64,000 bases of DNA, taken from the NCBI GenBank assembly GCA_964106645.2, contig OZ067048.1; one strand, given 5' to 3'. A program made the position numbers and the translations under genes. The stretch comes from Podarcis pityusensis. Taxonomy: Eukaryota. Position 1 is the stretch's first letter. Each line of letters opens with the position of its first letter. Shown in pieces: positions 1 through 28,925 of the stretch. Under the pieces are notes generated by a model. It was not told where the DNA came from. It made no database searches and saw only the letters and a list, made by a program, of their open reading frames with translations.

Positions 1-545
1 TAAAAGATGCCTGCTCCTTGGGAGAAAGGCGATGGCAAACCTAGACAGCATATTAAAAAGCAGAGACATCACCTTGCCAACAAAGGTCCGTATAGTTAAA
101 GCCATGGTTTTCCCAGTAGTAATGTATGGAAGTGAGAGCTGGACCATAAAGAAGGCTGATCGCCGAAGAATTGATGCTTTTGAATTATGGTGCTGGAGGA
201 GACTCTTGAGAGTCCCATGGACTGCAAGAAGATCAAACCTATCCATTCTTAAGGAAATCAGTCCTGAGCGCTCACTGGAAGGACAGATCTTGAAGCTGAG
301 GCTCCAATACTTTGGCCACCTCATGAGAAGAGAAGACTCCCTGGAAAAGACCCTGATGTTGGGAAAGATGGAGGGCACAAGGAGAAGGAGACGACAGAGG
401 ATGAGATGGTTGGATGGTGTTCTTGAAGCTACTAGCATGAGTTTGATCAAACTGCGGGAGGCAGTGGAGGACAGAAGTGCCTGGCGTGCTCTGGTCCATG
501 GGGTCACGAAGAGTCGGACACGACTAAACGACTAAACAACAACAA
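1..545 (+). mobile_element. BovB (RTE-clade) LINE, 3' end; runs off the window start
   Basis: ORF 32..535 encodes the BovB RT C-terminus (LDSILKSRDITLPTKVRIVKAMVFPVVMYGSESW...DAFELWCWRRLLRVPW). It ends in GGGGTCACGAAGAGTCGGACACGACTAAACGACTAAAC and a (CAA)n tail. Confidence 0.92.
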
Positions 546-776
546 AGATCCAAACCTAAAGTTATGATGTGTGTTTTAAACCCTCACAGAAAACAGTGAG
601 AGTCTGGAGGCACCTAAAGTGATGGGGAAATGCACTAAAAAGTGGGGGGGGGGGAGAGAATAATAGGTTAATAGGAGGGTGTATAACCACCGCACAAGGC
701 AAACTAGGGTGAAATCGGGATAAATGTTCGTTGTCGCATCACCTCTCTGCTGACAAGTCAGAATGAATGCTGAGTA

Positions 777-1018
777 CAGTGGTACCTCGGGTTAAGTACT
801 TAATTCGTTCCGGAGGTCAGTACTTAACCTGAAACTGTTCTTAACCTGAAGCACCACTTTAGCTAATGGGGCCTCCTGCTGCCGCTGCACCACCGGAGCA
901 TGATTTCTGTTCTCATCCTGAAGCAAAATTCTTACCCTGAGGTACTATTTCTGGGTTAGTGGAGTCTGTAACCTGAAGTGACTGTAACCTGAAGCATCTG
1001 TAACCCGAGGTACCACTG
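777..1018. mobile_element. Tc1/mariner-Tigger-type MITE (CAGTGGTACCTC TIR family)
   Basis: TIRs CAGTGGTACCTCGGGTTA...TAACCCGAGGTACCACTG flanked by TA. Related copies lie at 21700-21925 and 30388-30607, and a second right end lies at 1149-1237. Confidence 0.85.
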
Positions 1019-1331
1019 TAATAACTTGAGACTGTTCAGTTTTGGGGAGGAAGGAAAATTGTTAACAGCATTTATATAGCACTTTTAAGTGTTTGATGCA
1101 CTACAGATGCAGTATATTGATGTAATTCTTACAATAATCCTGCAATGTGCTTAACCTATAGCACTATTTCTGGGTTAGCAGAGTCTGTAACCTGAAGCGT
1201 ATGTAACCTGAAGCGTATGTAACCCGAGGTACTACTGTTTAGCCTGGGAATCACCTAAGCTTGCTTTGTGCAAGCGAATCAGGGTGCTCAGTAAATCAGG
1301 ATGAATGCTCAATAAACGCAGCCTCGAGAAG

Positions 1332-1920
1332 GTCGGCCAATTGGTGCCAAAGAAGGATAGAACTTTCTTTATGTATGCCACAACAGCAGCAAGAATACTT
1401 ATTGCAAAGTATTGGAAGACACAAGATCTACCCACCTTGGAAGAATGGCAGATGAAGGTGATGGACTATATGGAACTGGCAGAAATGACTGGCAGAATCC
1501 GAGACCAGGGAGAAGAGTCGGTGGAAGAAGATTGGAAAAAGGTCAAAGACTATTTACAGAAATATTGTAAAATTAATGAATGTTAGAATGATGTTGGATA
1601 GAAACTAAGTGGTTTTTAGCTGTAATGTTATAAGGGAATATGAAAAAATGGACTATTAATAGGCAAAAATCTAATGTTACAATACTTTAAGATTGAAGAC
1701 TAGGATAAACAAAGAGGGGAGGGATTTGCTGAACTAACAAACTGAATTGGAATACAGAAAAGGAAGGCGTGAGGAGGTCCGGGAAATAAGCAAATGAAAG
1801 ATAAGTGATTGAAAGACTGAATTGTTTTTAACTACTTTTATTTTGTATTTTTCTTTTTTCTTTTTCTATTTTGTAATATTTTGAAAATCCTAATAAATAT
1901 CTTTAAAAAAAAAAAAAAAA
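1332..1920 (+). mobile_element. 5'-truncated L1-type LINE (ORF2 C-terminus, 3' UTR, poly-A)
   Basis: ORF 1305..1586 resembles an L1 ORF2 C-terminus (AARILIAKYWK...PTLEEW). AATAAA and a poly-A end at 1920. TSD CGCAGCCTCGAGAAG at 1317-1331 and 1921-1935. Confidence 0.85.
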
Positions 1921-2791
1921 CGCAGCCTCGAGAAGCCCCAGGAGGCGGTTGCTCCATTGAACTCATCAGGACTTACTTCTGAGTAAATGTGTGTCCTGTG
2001 CCCACATTTATTTGAGAACGAAGCCCTACTGAACTTTGGGGAAGGGCAACAGCTCATGGACAAGCTTTACATGAAGATCCCAACAGGTGGATCAGATACC
2101 CCGGCGGCAAATGGAAAGGCCATTTCCTGACGCAGATCCTAGAAAGCCACAGCTGCCAGCCAGAAAAGATAAAATACTGGGCTAGACCGACAAAGAGCCT
2201 GGCCAGCATAACGCGGCTTCTTGGACTTCTATAAACTCGGTGGAAGTGGCGCGCTTACTTCCGAGTACAGGTATGGGGGAACCTCAGAGCCGCCAGGTGC
2301 TTTCCTGAACTACCATCATGCCTGGCCGCGCTTGCTGGGGCTGATGGGAATTGTAGTTCAGCAACTACATCCGGCGGCCAAAGCTTCGACATACCTGTGC
2401 TAGAAAACCGGGCAGCTTGGAGAAACACCGCCGACTTTCGGCCGATAGGTGGCGCTGCACCGCATTCTTTTCTCTATGAGCCCTGGCTGGGCGAATCCAT
2501 TTAGCCAACGGGAGGGGAGGGGGAGCGTAGTCGTTAAAGGCATCGTGCGTTTCCTCCTCCACCCCCCCCAAGGATCCGGCGCTCTCCCAACCTCCCGGAT
2601 CGGCAGTTCCGGCGTCAAGTGAGGACGTGGCTCTGCCGTTTCCCAGCCTCTTCCTGTTCCGCTGCGGGCCCAGGCCTGCCCGCGGGCCTTGCCGGTTGGC
2701 GGAGCCGGCCCTCAGCCCGCGGAGGATGAGGCAGCCCCGCGCCGGGAGCGAAGGCGGCGGCGGCTGAGGAGGCCCGGCCCGAGAGCCGGCG

Positions 2792-19324
<16,533 letters not shown>

Positions 19325-20021
19325 CCGGAAGCTGAATCTGTAGGGTTCACTGTCTGTATTTCATCAGGTGAATTTGCACATAAATGTACAGAAACAAATG
19401 CCGTATATATTTGGATTTTTAGAAAATGTTACATACCTTTAAAAATAAGATCAAGAGATTTAAGAAGAGGTGGGTTAAGTAGAACATATGCTGTATATGT
19501 GGAAATACTGGCAATGTAAAAATACTGTTATTTGGTGTCTATTAAAGAAATTTTGCTATGTGATTGTGGATGAGCACAACTATATTGCACATTTCCCCCC
19601 AAAAGGAATATCAAGCATTTCTCTACCATCTCAAGCCTAAAGAAAATAATTTTAGGTTGCAACAGAAATAGCCAGACTCCAAAAAATGACATCTTCAGAG
19701 TTATTTTGCTGCTGTATGTGTATGTGTATCTACACATTTTTAAAATGGGTTTTTCAAAGTTCATTAGATACAAATGAATATGTACAATTTTATATTCCAG
19801 TTCTGTATATAATCCTATTTTCTAAGCACAGCTTTGTTAAATAAGGAAAAATAGATTCTACCAATTAAAAATTGTCACTGAGCTGAGCTAATTTTTTAAA
19901 GAAGAAAAGTTATTTTAACAATTAGTCAGGGGTATAAAATACATTATTTGTTCTTGCGCTCCTATGTTTCTGTTCAGTGGGAAAGTTGAATAACTAATTG
20001 GAAATTTGAACCACTATGTAA

Positions 20022-20027
20022 AATAAA
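20022..20027 (+). terminator. Candidate SLC30A5 polyadenylation signal
   Basis: AATAAA at the end of an AT-rich 3' UTR, followed by a T-rich stretch. Confidence 0.45.
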
Positions 20028-21699
20028 CATTTTATAATTTTTATATATTTCTAGTGACATATTATTGATTACACCTTAAAACTTGACTTATAGGATAGAA
20101 AGATGTCCCAGTGATGAGACAATTTAGTTCTGTATGAGTTTCTTCTTAACTGGCCTAGTCTGTAGTTAATGATTTATTGTAAACATTGAGATTGTTCCTG
20201 CTTTGTCTCTTCTCTCTAGCTAGCAGGAGTAACAAACCACATAGCAATTTAAAAAGCACATGTCCCAATACCCAATTGGTAGACCATGCTTCTCGTATCC
20301 CAGCAGTGTAAGAACTGTCAATTTATTCCTACTCTCTACTCCTGTTCATTAACTATTACTGACAGTTACAGAAAAAATGGGGTTGACTTTATAGGGATTC
20401 AGTGTTCCCTAAAACTGTTATCAGTCAGAAAGGTAGGATCCAGTGAAAGCAAGGAAACCCTTTATTTTCTGTTGCAACAGAGTCCGCCCCCCCCCCCTTT
20501 GCAAGGAGGTGAGGACCAAAGTCTGTAGCCCCTTTAAAGACTTTTGAAATTGCCCTACCTAGGCAGTCTGGCCATTCTTTTGAGATGCTTTAGTTTTTGG
20601 ATCCAGGTCCCAGGCATACCCTATTCATATACAAAATATGCCCTCAAAACATATGTAGGGTTTGTAAGTGAAAAGAACTTATCCAAGATAATTCCTTCTG
20701 CAGACAAAATCTTTGGAGTCATTAAGAGTCAAGGTGACTTCAGGATTGTTCTCCTGTACTATTTCAGACATGTGGCTTGAATGTGTGTTTACTATGTGCA
20801 TTTATGAACATTTATTCTATATTAGAGACACTAGAATTTTTATAACAATTCCATAAGAGTACCTCCCTTTACATTCCGAGACTGCTAAACATACACAGGA
20901 GACTAAATTCATGAGATTGATTTTCACCCCTTATAGTCTATAGACTTCCATTTTCTGAAGGAAACCGCCTTCTAGTAGCTTCCAGTACTTTGCTTGTTTA
21001 CCACACTGGCATCCTCTTGACCTTGAGCTATGTTGTATATTCTGACTAAATTTCTATTATTGTGCTTTTGAAACCTCCAAGTTTTCAGGAGAGATTTGGC
21101 ACTTGATTTTTATCAGTCTTTTGGGCAAGCTTCCTCTTTGGAAGTGAAATGTGGAACCGTTGGACTTTTTGGGTAATTGCCCACTTCTGTACATGTAGAA
21201 TTCGATAGTACTGTGCTTGCTGTTCTCAGTTCATTCAACATCACACCAAATACCAGGAGCACCACTTAAGATTATGTTCAGTGTTGCTGACCCTCTCCTC
21301 ACTTCCATGAGCAAACTATTCTAGGGCCTGGTCATTTTGGATATCTAGAAATTTTACCTCTTTGTGATAGGATCACACTTATTTGGTACATGTGAGGGTA
21401 ACTGAAAATACAGGTTGCTGCAACATTTCCTGCTTGATTTCATTTTCCATCACCAACTCACAAGAGTACTCTCCGCTCCTGTGCTTTCCACCAATTAGTA
21501 TCCAGAAACATACTGATCATGAAGGCCTCTGACCCTGAAGGCAGTAACAATTTTTAAAAATCGGTAGGGGAGAAACCCTAAAACGGGACAGGGACTGAGC
21601 ATGCTCAGTAGCTATGACATGCTGACTGAGTTCCTTGGAGGAAGTTACATAAATGTAACCAGGACACTATAATACAGCTATCGCCCCAAATACTTTATA

Positions 21700-21925
21700 C
21701 AGTGGTACCTCAGGTTAAGAACTTAATTCGTTCTGGAGGTCTGTTCTTAACCTGAAACTGTTCTTAACCTGAAGCACCACTTTAGCTAATGGGGCCTCCT
21801 GCTGCCACTGCACCGCCGGAGCACAATTTCTGTTCTCATCCTGAAGCAAAGTTCTTAACCCGAGCTACTATTTCTGGGTTAGTGGAGTCTGTAACCTGAA
21901 GCGTCTGTAACCTGAGGTACCAATG
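21700..21925. mobile_element. Tc1/mariner-Tigger-type MITE (CAGTGGTACCTC family)
   Basis: TA-flanked TIRs. Near-identical to 777-1018, including 128 bp of right flank. Confidence 0.85.
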
Positions 21926-22629
21926 TAATAACTTGAGACTGTTCAGTTTTGGGGGGGAAGGAAAACTGTTAACAGCTTTTACATAGCACTTTTAAGTGTT
22001 TGATGCACTACAGATGCAGTATATTGATGTAATTCTTACAATAATCCTGCAATGTAGGTTACTGTCCCCATATTGCAGTGTTAGGGTAGGAGCTGAGGCA
22101 AGATGCTAATGCTTGTGTAAGGCTACCCACTGAATTCATGGCAGAGGTGAGCCAGAGACCTCAGCCTATCCTTGTTTTTCTTCTACACTTGCCTAGTCCT
22201 AAGGGATTTATTCCTTATCCTTTTCAACGCTTGTACGACAAAGATTCCATCAGCGTACATTTCCCAGCATAGGGTAGGAAAAACCTGCGGCTGTTGCATT
22301 CCTTCCTATGGTGACGCTATTAAAATTACAAGTGGGTCTGGAAAGCCGTTGTAGTCCAAAACATTCTTGTGCAATGCGCTCGGCTTTACCCAACTTATTT
22401 TTGTAAAAACTATATATATGGACCAATGGGAGTTGAAAATCCGGCGCACGTAAGCAAGCGGGAGAGGACGCACAACTCAGAAACACAGTCCCATAAGGAG
22501 AACGATAATAGTTTGGATTAATTTCTTGATAGCCGGGAGGTACTTTTCTAGATGAGAAGCAAACGGCTCCACCTATTTATTCCCCCTCATCCACCAGCTG
22601 AGCTCCCAAACTGAAAGCTAGCCATCCTT

Positions 22630-22810
22630 TCCACGTGACCTTCCGCATCTTCTCGCCACGCCCCCCTTTTCGAACGCCCGGAGAAGTCAGCCTCCTTGTA
22701 GCCGTGGAAACGCATTCAGGGTGTAACGCCGCACGGCCAATGGGAAGCGGCGGACGCCGAGAGAGGCAGCCAATGAGCGCAGCCTGGTGCGAGTTTTAAA
22801 CTTGCGGCGG
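22630..22810 (+). promoter_or_regulatory. CCNB1 G2/M promoter: E-box, two CCAAT boxes, CHR
   Basis: CACGTG at 22632-22637, CCAAT at 22737 and 22770 (33 bp apart), TTTAAA at 22795-22800. This is the known cyclin B1 NF-Y/CHR promoter layout. Confidence 0.85.
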
Positions 22811-22926
22811 TAGGTGGGGCGGCCGTCGGACTCGTGCGCAGCAGGAATCGGCCGCTGGGAGTTTGCTGGGAGCGGAGGCGACTGGTTCGGATTAACATCT
22901 CGTGTTGCGCGGATCGAGTCTGGATC

Positions 22927-25900
22927 ATGGCTTTGCGGGTCACCCGGGTAGGAAAGGGGCTTTTGGAGGGGGAGAATTTTTTTGTTTTTCAGGCTTCCTG
23001 CTGCGCCCTCTTTTTTGCAAGAGGTGGCAAACTTAAGGCTGCAGTCCTATGCAGGCGTATAAATGGGGCTTACTCCCGAGGAAACGTGCATAAGCTTCTG
23101 TTTCACAGGAAGTAAGGGGCGGTGGTGCTAGTAACTGCTAATTGCCATATGAAAAATTGAATTATACTGCTGTGTCGAGTTTTTTCTGCCTACCAGAATT
23201 AGTAAATCGGTTCCCAGGCCCCCTTTTTTTTTTGCGGGGGGGGGGCGTTGGGCGTTGCCCTGGCTTGTTGAGTTTTACCAGTTGTGAATTGGCTAAGGCT
23301 TCTGCTTAATTAGTACTGTGCCTCATCAAAATTGATAGGAGGAGGGCTTTAAGGTAGGGAAGCTTGTAAGGTTCAGAACTCTTATTCCTACCCATCCTCG
23401 CTTTATCATAAAGCTGTGCAAATGCTTCCTTGTGTTTGTGAAACAGAAAGGTACTTAAACGGGTTCTTCCTCCTTCCTGCAGAACACAAAGATCAATGCA
23501 GAGAACAAAATCAAGGCTGTAATGGCAACCAAGCGGGGAGGCGATGGTGCCAGACCCGGCTTGAGGCCTAGGACTGCCTTGGGGGACATTGGCAACAAGG
23601 CATGTGAAGCAAAAGCCAAGGCTGTAATGAAAAAGGTAAGTGTCTCCTTCCCTTCCCCCTTCCAAGTAGAGCTTAACATTGGGAACTATCAGGGCTACTG
23701 CAATGATTCCTCCCTCTACCCACTTCTATTCCCTCGCCCAGGAAATACTGAAACCTGCCATTTTGGACAAAGTTATAACTCAAAAAGTCACAAGACCTAC
23801 TGAACAGCCAAATGAATCTGTGAAAGAAGAAAAGCCCATCCTTGAACCGGTTAAGGTATCAAATGACTTGCAAATGATAGCCCTAGCTTTATGGTTGGGT
23901 GGGGCATGGGGGTGAAGGATTCTGAATAACATTTTTGCTATATATGTTGTACATATATGCTATATAAGTATGTGTTGTCTCTTGATATTGAAACAGCTAT
24001 TTTTGAGCATTCATTAGCTACTCTTAGCAATAATTGGCAGTTTGCATACTGAGGCTTGGGTTTTAGCCCCTGGGTGGGCTACATTGTCCAACTTAAGGCT
24101 GTCTGAACAATGTACCTTAATGGCAACCAGCTTTCTTCCAGAGCTTGCAAAGTGTGTGCCCAGTGGCCTCCAAAACACCACTGGGTATTTCCTGCTGCCA
24201 GATTAATACTGATTTTCTCCCCCTAGATGCAGAAACTTGAGACAAACCATGTCTATTACAATGGGCTTTTGAATCTTTAACTGCAATCCCTTTGGTTGCA
24301 AGTCCAATACTCAATCCGGTATCTGACTTAAGGTGGATATTTGAATCCTTCTACCTTAGCACTTGTCTCTGATGTGTCTGTTCTTCCTGCAGCCTGAGTA
24401 TGGATCATTGAATCCCTTTATGCTTCTATACCCATTAGCATCATGATTACACCTGTGTCACTAACACGCAAGTAGCTTTGCATCCCATGCAATGCTCTTG
24501 TACAAACTATTGTTCAGGAGTCTGAATATTGATTAGGAGTCTGGCATTTCACTTCTGGTCAGCATTCGTGGGCCATATGGGCAGAGCAACAAATGAGAAA
24601 TTTACCTTTGCACCATAGCGTGACTTACACACACACCCCTCCCCAGACAACAGGCAAAATAGTTCTAGGACACATTCCAGCTTGACAAAAACACTTGAGC
24701 AAATCAGGGCCTTTAAGACGTGTGATCTGGGGAGATTCTAAAGACCAGTAGGCCACATTTGGCCTCTAGGCCAAGAGATTCCCCTAACCCTGACATGGAT
24801 GCAGCAGAGACTTGCAGTTGACTTGTAACTGGGCTATTATACAGAGACCACATATACCTTCTGCCTACCAATCTATAGAGTGGTCAGAGGACTCATGATG
24901 CAGCCACCTTGCTGAAGCTAAACAGGTCTGAGTCCTGAATTAGAAGCCCAGTTGCAGTCCCATGTATGCTGCCATGAGTTCCACAATCCAAGGAGACATG
25001 TAGTGTTGTAGCTCAGATACTAATAAGTATAAACCTCTCTTCAACAGTTGGAGTCTCCATCCCCCAGCCCAATGGAGACTTCTGGTTGTGCACCAGCAGA
25101 GGAAATACTGTGCCAGGCCTTTTCAGATGTTCTGCTTGAAGTGAAAGACATTGATACAGATGATGCTTCAGATCCAAACCTTTGCAGCGAATATGTGAAG
25201 GATATCTACAACTACCTGAGAGATCTTGAGGTTGGTTCAAGTAGCTAAGGCATGCCTGATATGCCTCTAGAAACTGAGGTTACTTCCAAATCTAAGTTAA
25301 CTAGGAAATGTCACTACTTAAGTTTGTGCACAGCAGGTGCCCCCCCCCCCAAATGAAAGCAGCAGCTAGAGTCTTGCTCTTTGCGTGCCCTTGCTGTGCT
25401 TGCAAAATATCAATGGAATCCAAACTCAGTTTATAAAACTGGGGGCAAGGAACTTGCTAGTTCAAAAGCAATGAATGGTGGCGACACGTCAGCTTCAGCT
25501 GCAACAAGGCTTCCTTTCTTTCGTTTGTGCGGGTAAACATGATTTGACATCTGTTGTTTTCTTCACAGGCTCAGCAGTCAGTGAGACCAAACTACTTGGC
25601 AGGCCAGGAAATTACTGGGAACATGCGGGCAGTCCTAATTGACTGGCTTGTGCAGGTCCAGATGAAATTCAAACTCCTGCAAGAGACTATGTACATGACT
25701 GTTGCCATTATTGATCGCTTTATGCAGGTAAGAGCAGCATGGCAACACTTTTCTTTTTTGGCCTGTTTGCAGCTGTCTTTCCTTAAGAATCTGCAGGGAC
25801 ACAGAAGGCAGAGGGGCTTAGCTGCCTTGGATGGAGGCCATACATTGCATCACAATGTTTCCCACGCCCATGTATGAATTTGATCATACATGGAACAATG

Positions 25901-27783
25901 CACTTTCCTTTTAGATTGAAAGCTGCATGCTTGGTAGATGCACATGCTACACAGCTCTCCCAGGGTAGCTAGACTGGTGATGGCTTATCAGTTCAGGAAG
26001 TTGACCATTGAACTTGCAGTGGAACAAGTGCATAAATATTCCTTGCTGAAGAGTGTGTCCGCTTTGGGAGTAAGCGGTCTTCCCCAATATTGTTATTGGC
26101 CAGTTTGGCTAACAGTTGTTTCTATTGCAGAACAACAAAGTTCATAAGAGGATGCTGCAGCTGGTTGGTGTAACAGCCATGTTCGTTGCCAGCAAATACG
26201 AAGAAATGTACCCTCCAGAAATCGGCGACTTTGCCTTTGTGACAGATAACACCTACACCAACGTACAGATTAGGCAAATGGAGATGAAGATCCTGAGATC
26301 ACTGGACTTCAATCTTGGTCGTCCTCTTCCACTGCATTTCCTACGGAGGGCATCAAAAATTGGAGAGGTAATGCTGTTTAAGGGGATGCCAATCTCACTA
26401 GGTCACAGTATGACACTCCTGAGTCAAATATGTGTGTAGGAAGATCAAACTTGGAATCCTAAAATGTCTCCTTTTGGCGTGAGGAGGTATATTCAGTATC
26501 CTACCAGTAGGTCAGTCTTTTCCAACCTGGTTCCTTCCAAGTGGGTGAGTCCCATTGATTGCAGCCAGCATGTCTATTGGGAGTTGGGCCAAAACAACTG
26601 AAAGACAAATTTTGGGGAAAGCAGAAGTAGGCTATCATTACTTTTATGAGCATTTGTGGTTCAAAATGGAGCCTGGCAAATTTAAAATTGGCCATGGAGT
26701 TGGATTGTTTTGTCCTGAAAAAGCTGTAAAAAGCTCAACATCTTGCTTTGTCTTAACTGTGTGTAGCTGTGAAGGCACAACCTTTTGATTCAGTTCTTCA
26801 GATAGGGAGAAATGTAATGCAAGGCACAGTCTTCCTTGTTGATCTTCAGGGTTCGTTGGCGATAAACACTATCTTACCCTAACTATTCCAGGCCGATGTA
26901 CAGCAACACACACTTGCAAAATACCTGATGGAGCTCTCACTGGTGGATTATGACATGGCACACTACCCTCCCTCTCAAATTGCTGCTGCGGCCTTTTGCC
27001 TATCTACTAAAATACTTGAAGAGGGAGAATGGGTAAGTAACTGAGCCCAGACATAGCCTTAAATTTGTAAGGTAAAAGACTTTGCTTTTCACCGCCACTA
27101 AATACCAGAAATGACTTTGGACATTTGTTTCCATGACTTTCATTCCCATGTGTGAGCTAGAATTGCTAGAGCAGAGTGGCTTGGAGAACCAGCTGTGACC
27201 CTGGAAGATCTACCTCAAAACTTGCCTCTGCTACAAAGCCTCTAGGTAGCCTTAAGCACACCGTTATGTGTGCCAGGGTCCCTAGATCAAGTGCAGAGGA
27301 GGTTCATGGGGCATTCTGAGCTTTTCCATGACGTTCAAGTGTTACTCAGAAGGATTTCTAACGCTTAACTTCTTGCTCTTAGACAACAGCTCTACAACAC
27401 TACATGCAATATACCGAGACTGATCTTATTCCTGTTATGCAGCATATGGCAAAGAATGTGATGTTGGTAAACAGAGGCAATGCAAAGCATCTGGTAAGCA
27501 AAAACCATACCACCATGTGTCTGGTTACATGTAATTCCTAACTTGCTACTAAACAAGGTTTATAGCTAAGTCAGTATGATTAAGCACAGGTGTGCTTTGG
27601 TTATGCTAATATGTAGTGATATAGTTGGCTCTACAATGGTGCAAAAATTGTGTTAACTATTGATCAATCTCTCCACAGACCGTCAAGAACAAATATGCCA
27701 CCAGCAAGCATGCCAAGATCAGCACCCTTCCAGCACTGAACTCTGCAGTCATAAAGGATCTGGCTAAACCATTCTCGAAATAA
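22927..27783 (+). CDS. CCNB1: G2/mitotic-specific cyclin B1, 9 exons, 407 aa
   Basis: Exons 22927-22947, 23483-23635, 23742-23855, 25048-25230, 25569-25727, 26131-26367, 26892-27032, 27383-27493, 27679-27783 (1224 nt). MALRVTR start, D-box [22 protein letters not shown]...LCQAFSDV, cyclin box [12 protein letters not shown] and [10 protein letters not shown]. Confidence 0.97.
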
Positions 27784-27836
27784 ACCTAATTTAACTGTTG
27801 GACAAAGTTGACACCGTGTGTTGCTACTTAAGTGTG

Positions 27837-27876
27837 TGTATATTATAAATATAGTGGTTATAAAAGTTTTAATAAA
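27837..27876 (+). promoter_or_regulatory. CCNB1 3' UTR: CPE overlapping the poly(A) hexamer, with a Pumilio-like site
   Basis: TTTTAAT (27867-27873) overlaps AATAAA (27871-27876). TGTATATT at 27837-27844. Confidence 0.7.
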
Positions 27877-28925
27877 CTTCTTTTTTACTTTAACCTGCTT
27901 GTCATGGTCTAATTGAAATTCCTGAATTGCAGATTAGCAGCCTATAATTTTAAATAAGCTATAAATCTTTGGCTTCTCAGTATGAAGATGGTTGTATGTT
28001 CTTCAGCACAATGGAGAATACATGAGCAAACTTTACTAAAAAGCAGCTGATTGGTTTCCCCAAAGCATACTTTTATAATCGTTTGCCAATTTGGCTAGAC
28101 TTTTAGGTTGCTTTTGTCTGCAGGAAAAGTAAGTTGTGAGAGCAAACTTCTAATAGTCGAACTCTTCCTGTTCTTTTAAAGTCTATTTTATTGCTGTCCT
28201 GTATCAGAGACTCTTGTTAGCATGACCAAGCTGCTATATGGACACAAGTGGAAATCAAATGTAATCACAGGTACATGGAATATAAAATACCGGTAAGCCA
28301 TGACTACTTGACATGTAGATCAGTCTCTGATACCTGGAATGTAAGGCCTTCCTTCCCTCCTATTAGTGTAGTTTTTAAACTTCAGTATTTGTTGCAGCAG
28401 CAATTCTGAAGGAATAACAGAACACACTTTTAAATTAACATTGTTTTAGCTAATGCAAAAAAAAAAAAAGGGGGCTATAGAGAATTATAGCTGTCAGCTC
28501 AGGCCTTACAAATTGGGTTTTCTGGAGAGGTCAGGTGAGATATACCCTAGTTTTTATTATTTGAATTTATAATAAATTGCTTGCGATGTTTCATACTGTA
28601 GCTTCCAGAGTCTGGTGAAAGTAATAAAATAACTTGATTGGGGAAGGTTAGCCTGAAGCTAGTCAACTTTAGTAGGTTCTGTCACTTTAAAAGTAGCAAG
28701 CCATGCTGAAAAGGATGGGAAATGGCTGCCTATCTGAATTGGTGAAATCATTTTGAGTGACTTCAATTTATCTGAGCCAGGTGCAACATGTGTGCTACTC
28801 CTGCAGTTGGGTGTGGTGGGAGGAAAAATCTTTATTCTGATGTTCACAGCAACTCAAGCATGCTAGTAAGGATTCATGGTCACAAATTTGCAAGATCTTG
28901 GAAAGAGCACTACTACAATTACACT

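Noticed and set aside
23856-23864. CCNB1 intron 3 donor GTATCAAAT as a possible U12 site
   Set aside because: It lacks the CCTT of the U12 consensus, and no U12 branch point is evident.
24890-24990. Weak 5S rRNA-like stretch (GAAGCTAAACAGG)
   Set aside because: Too degenerate. At most it is an old 5S-derived SINE remnant.
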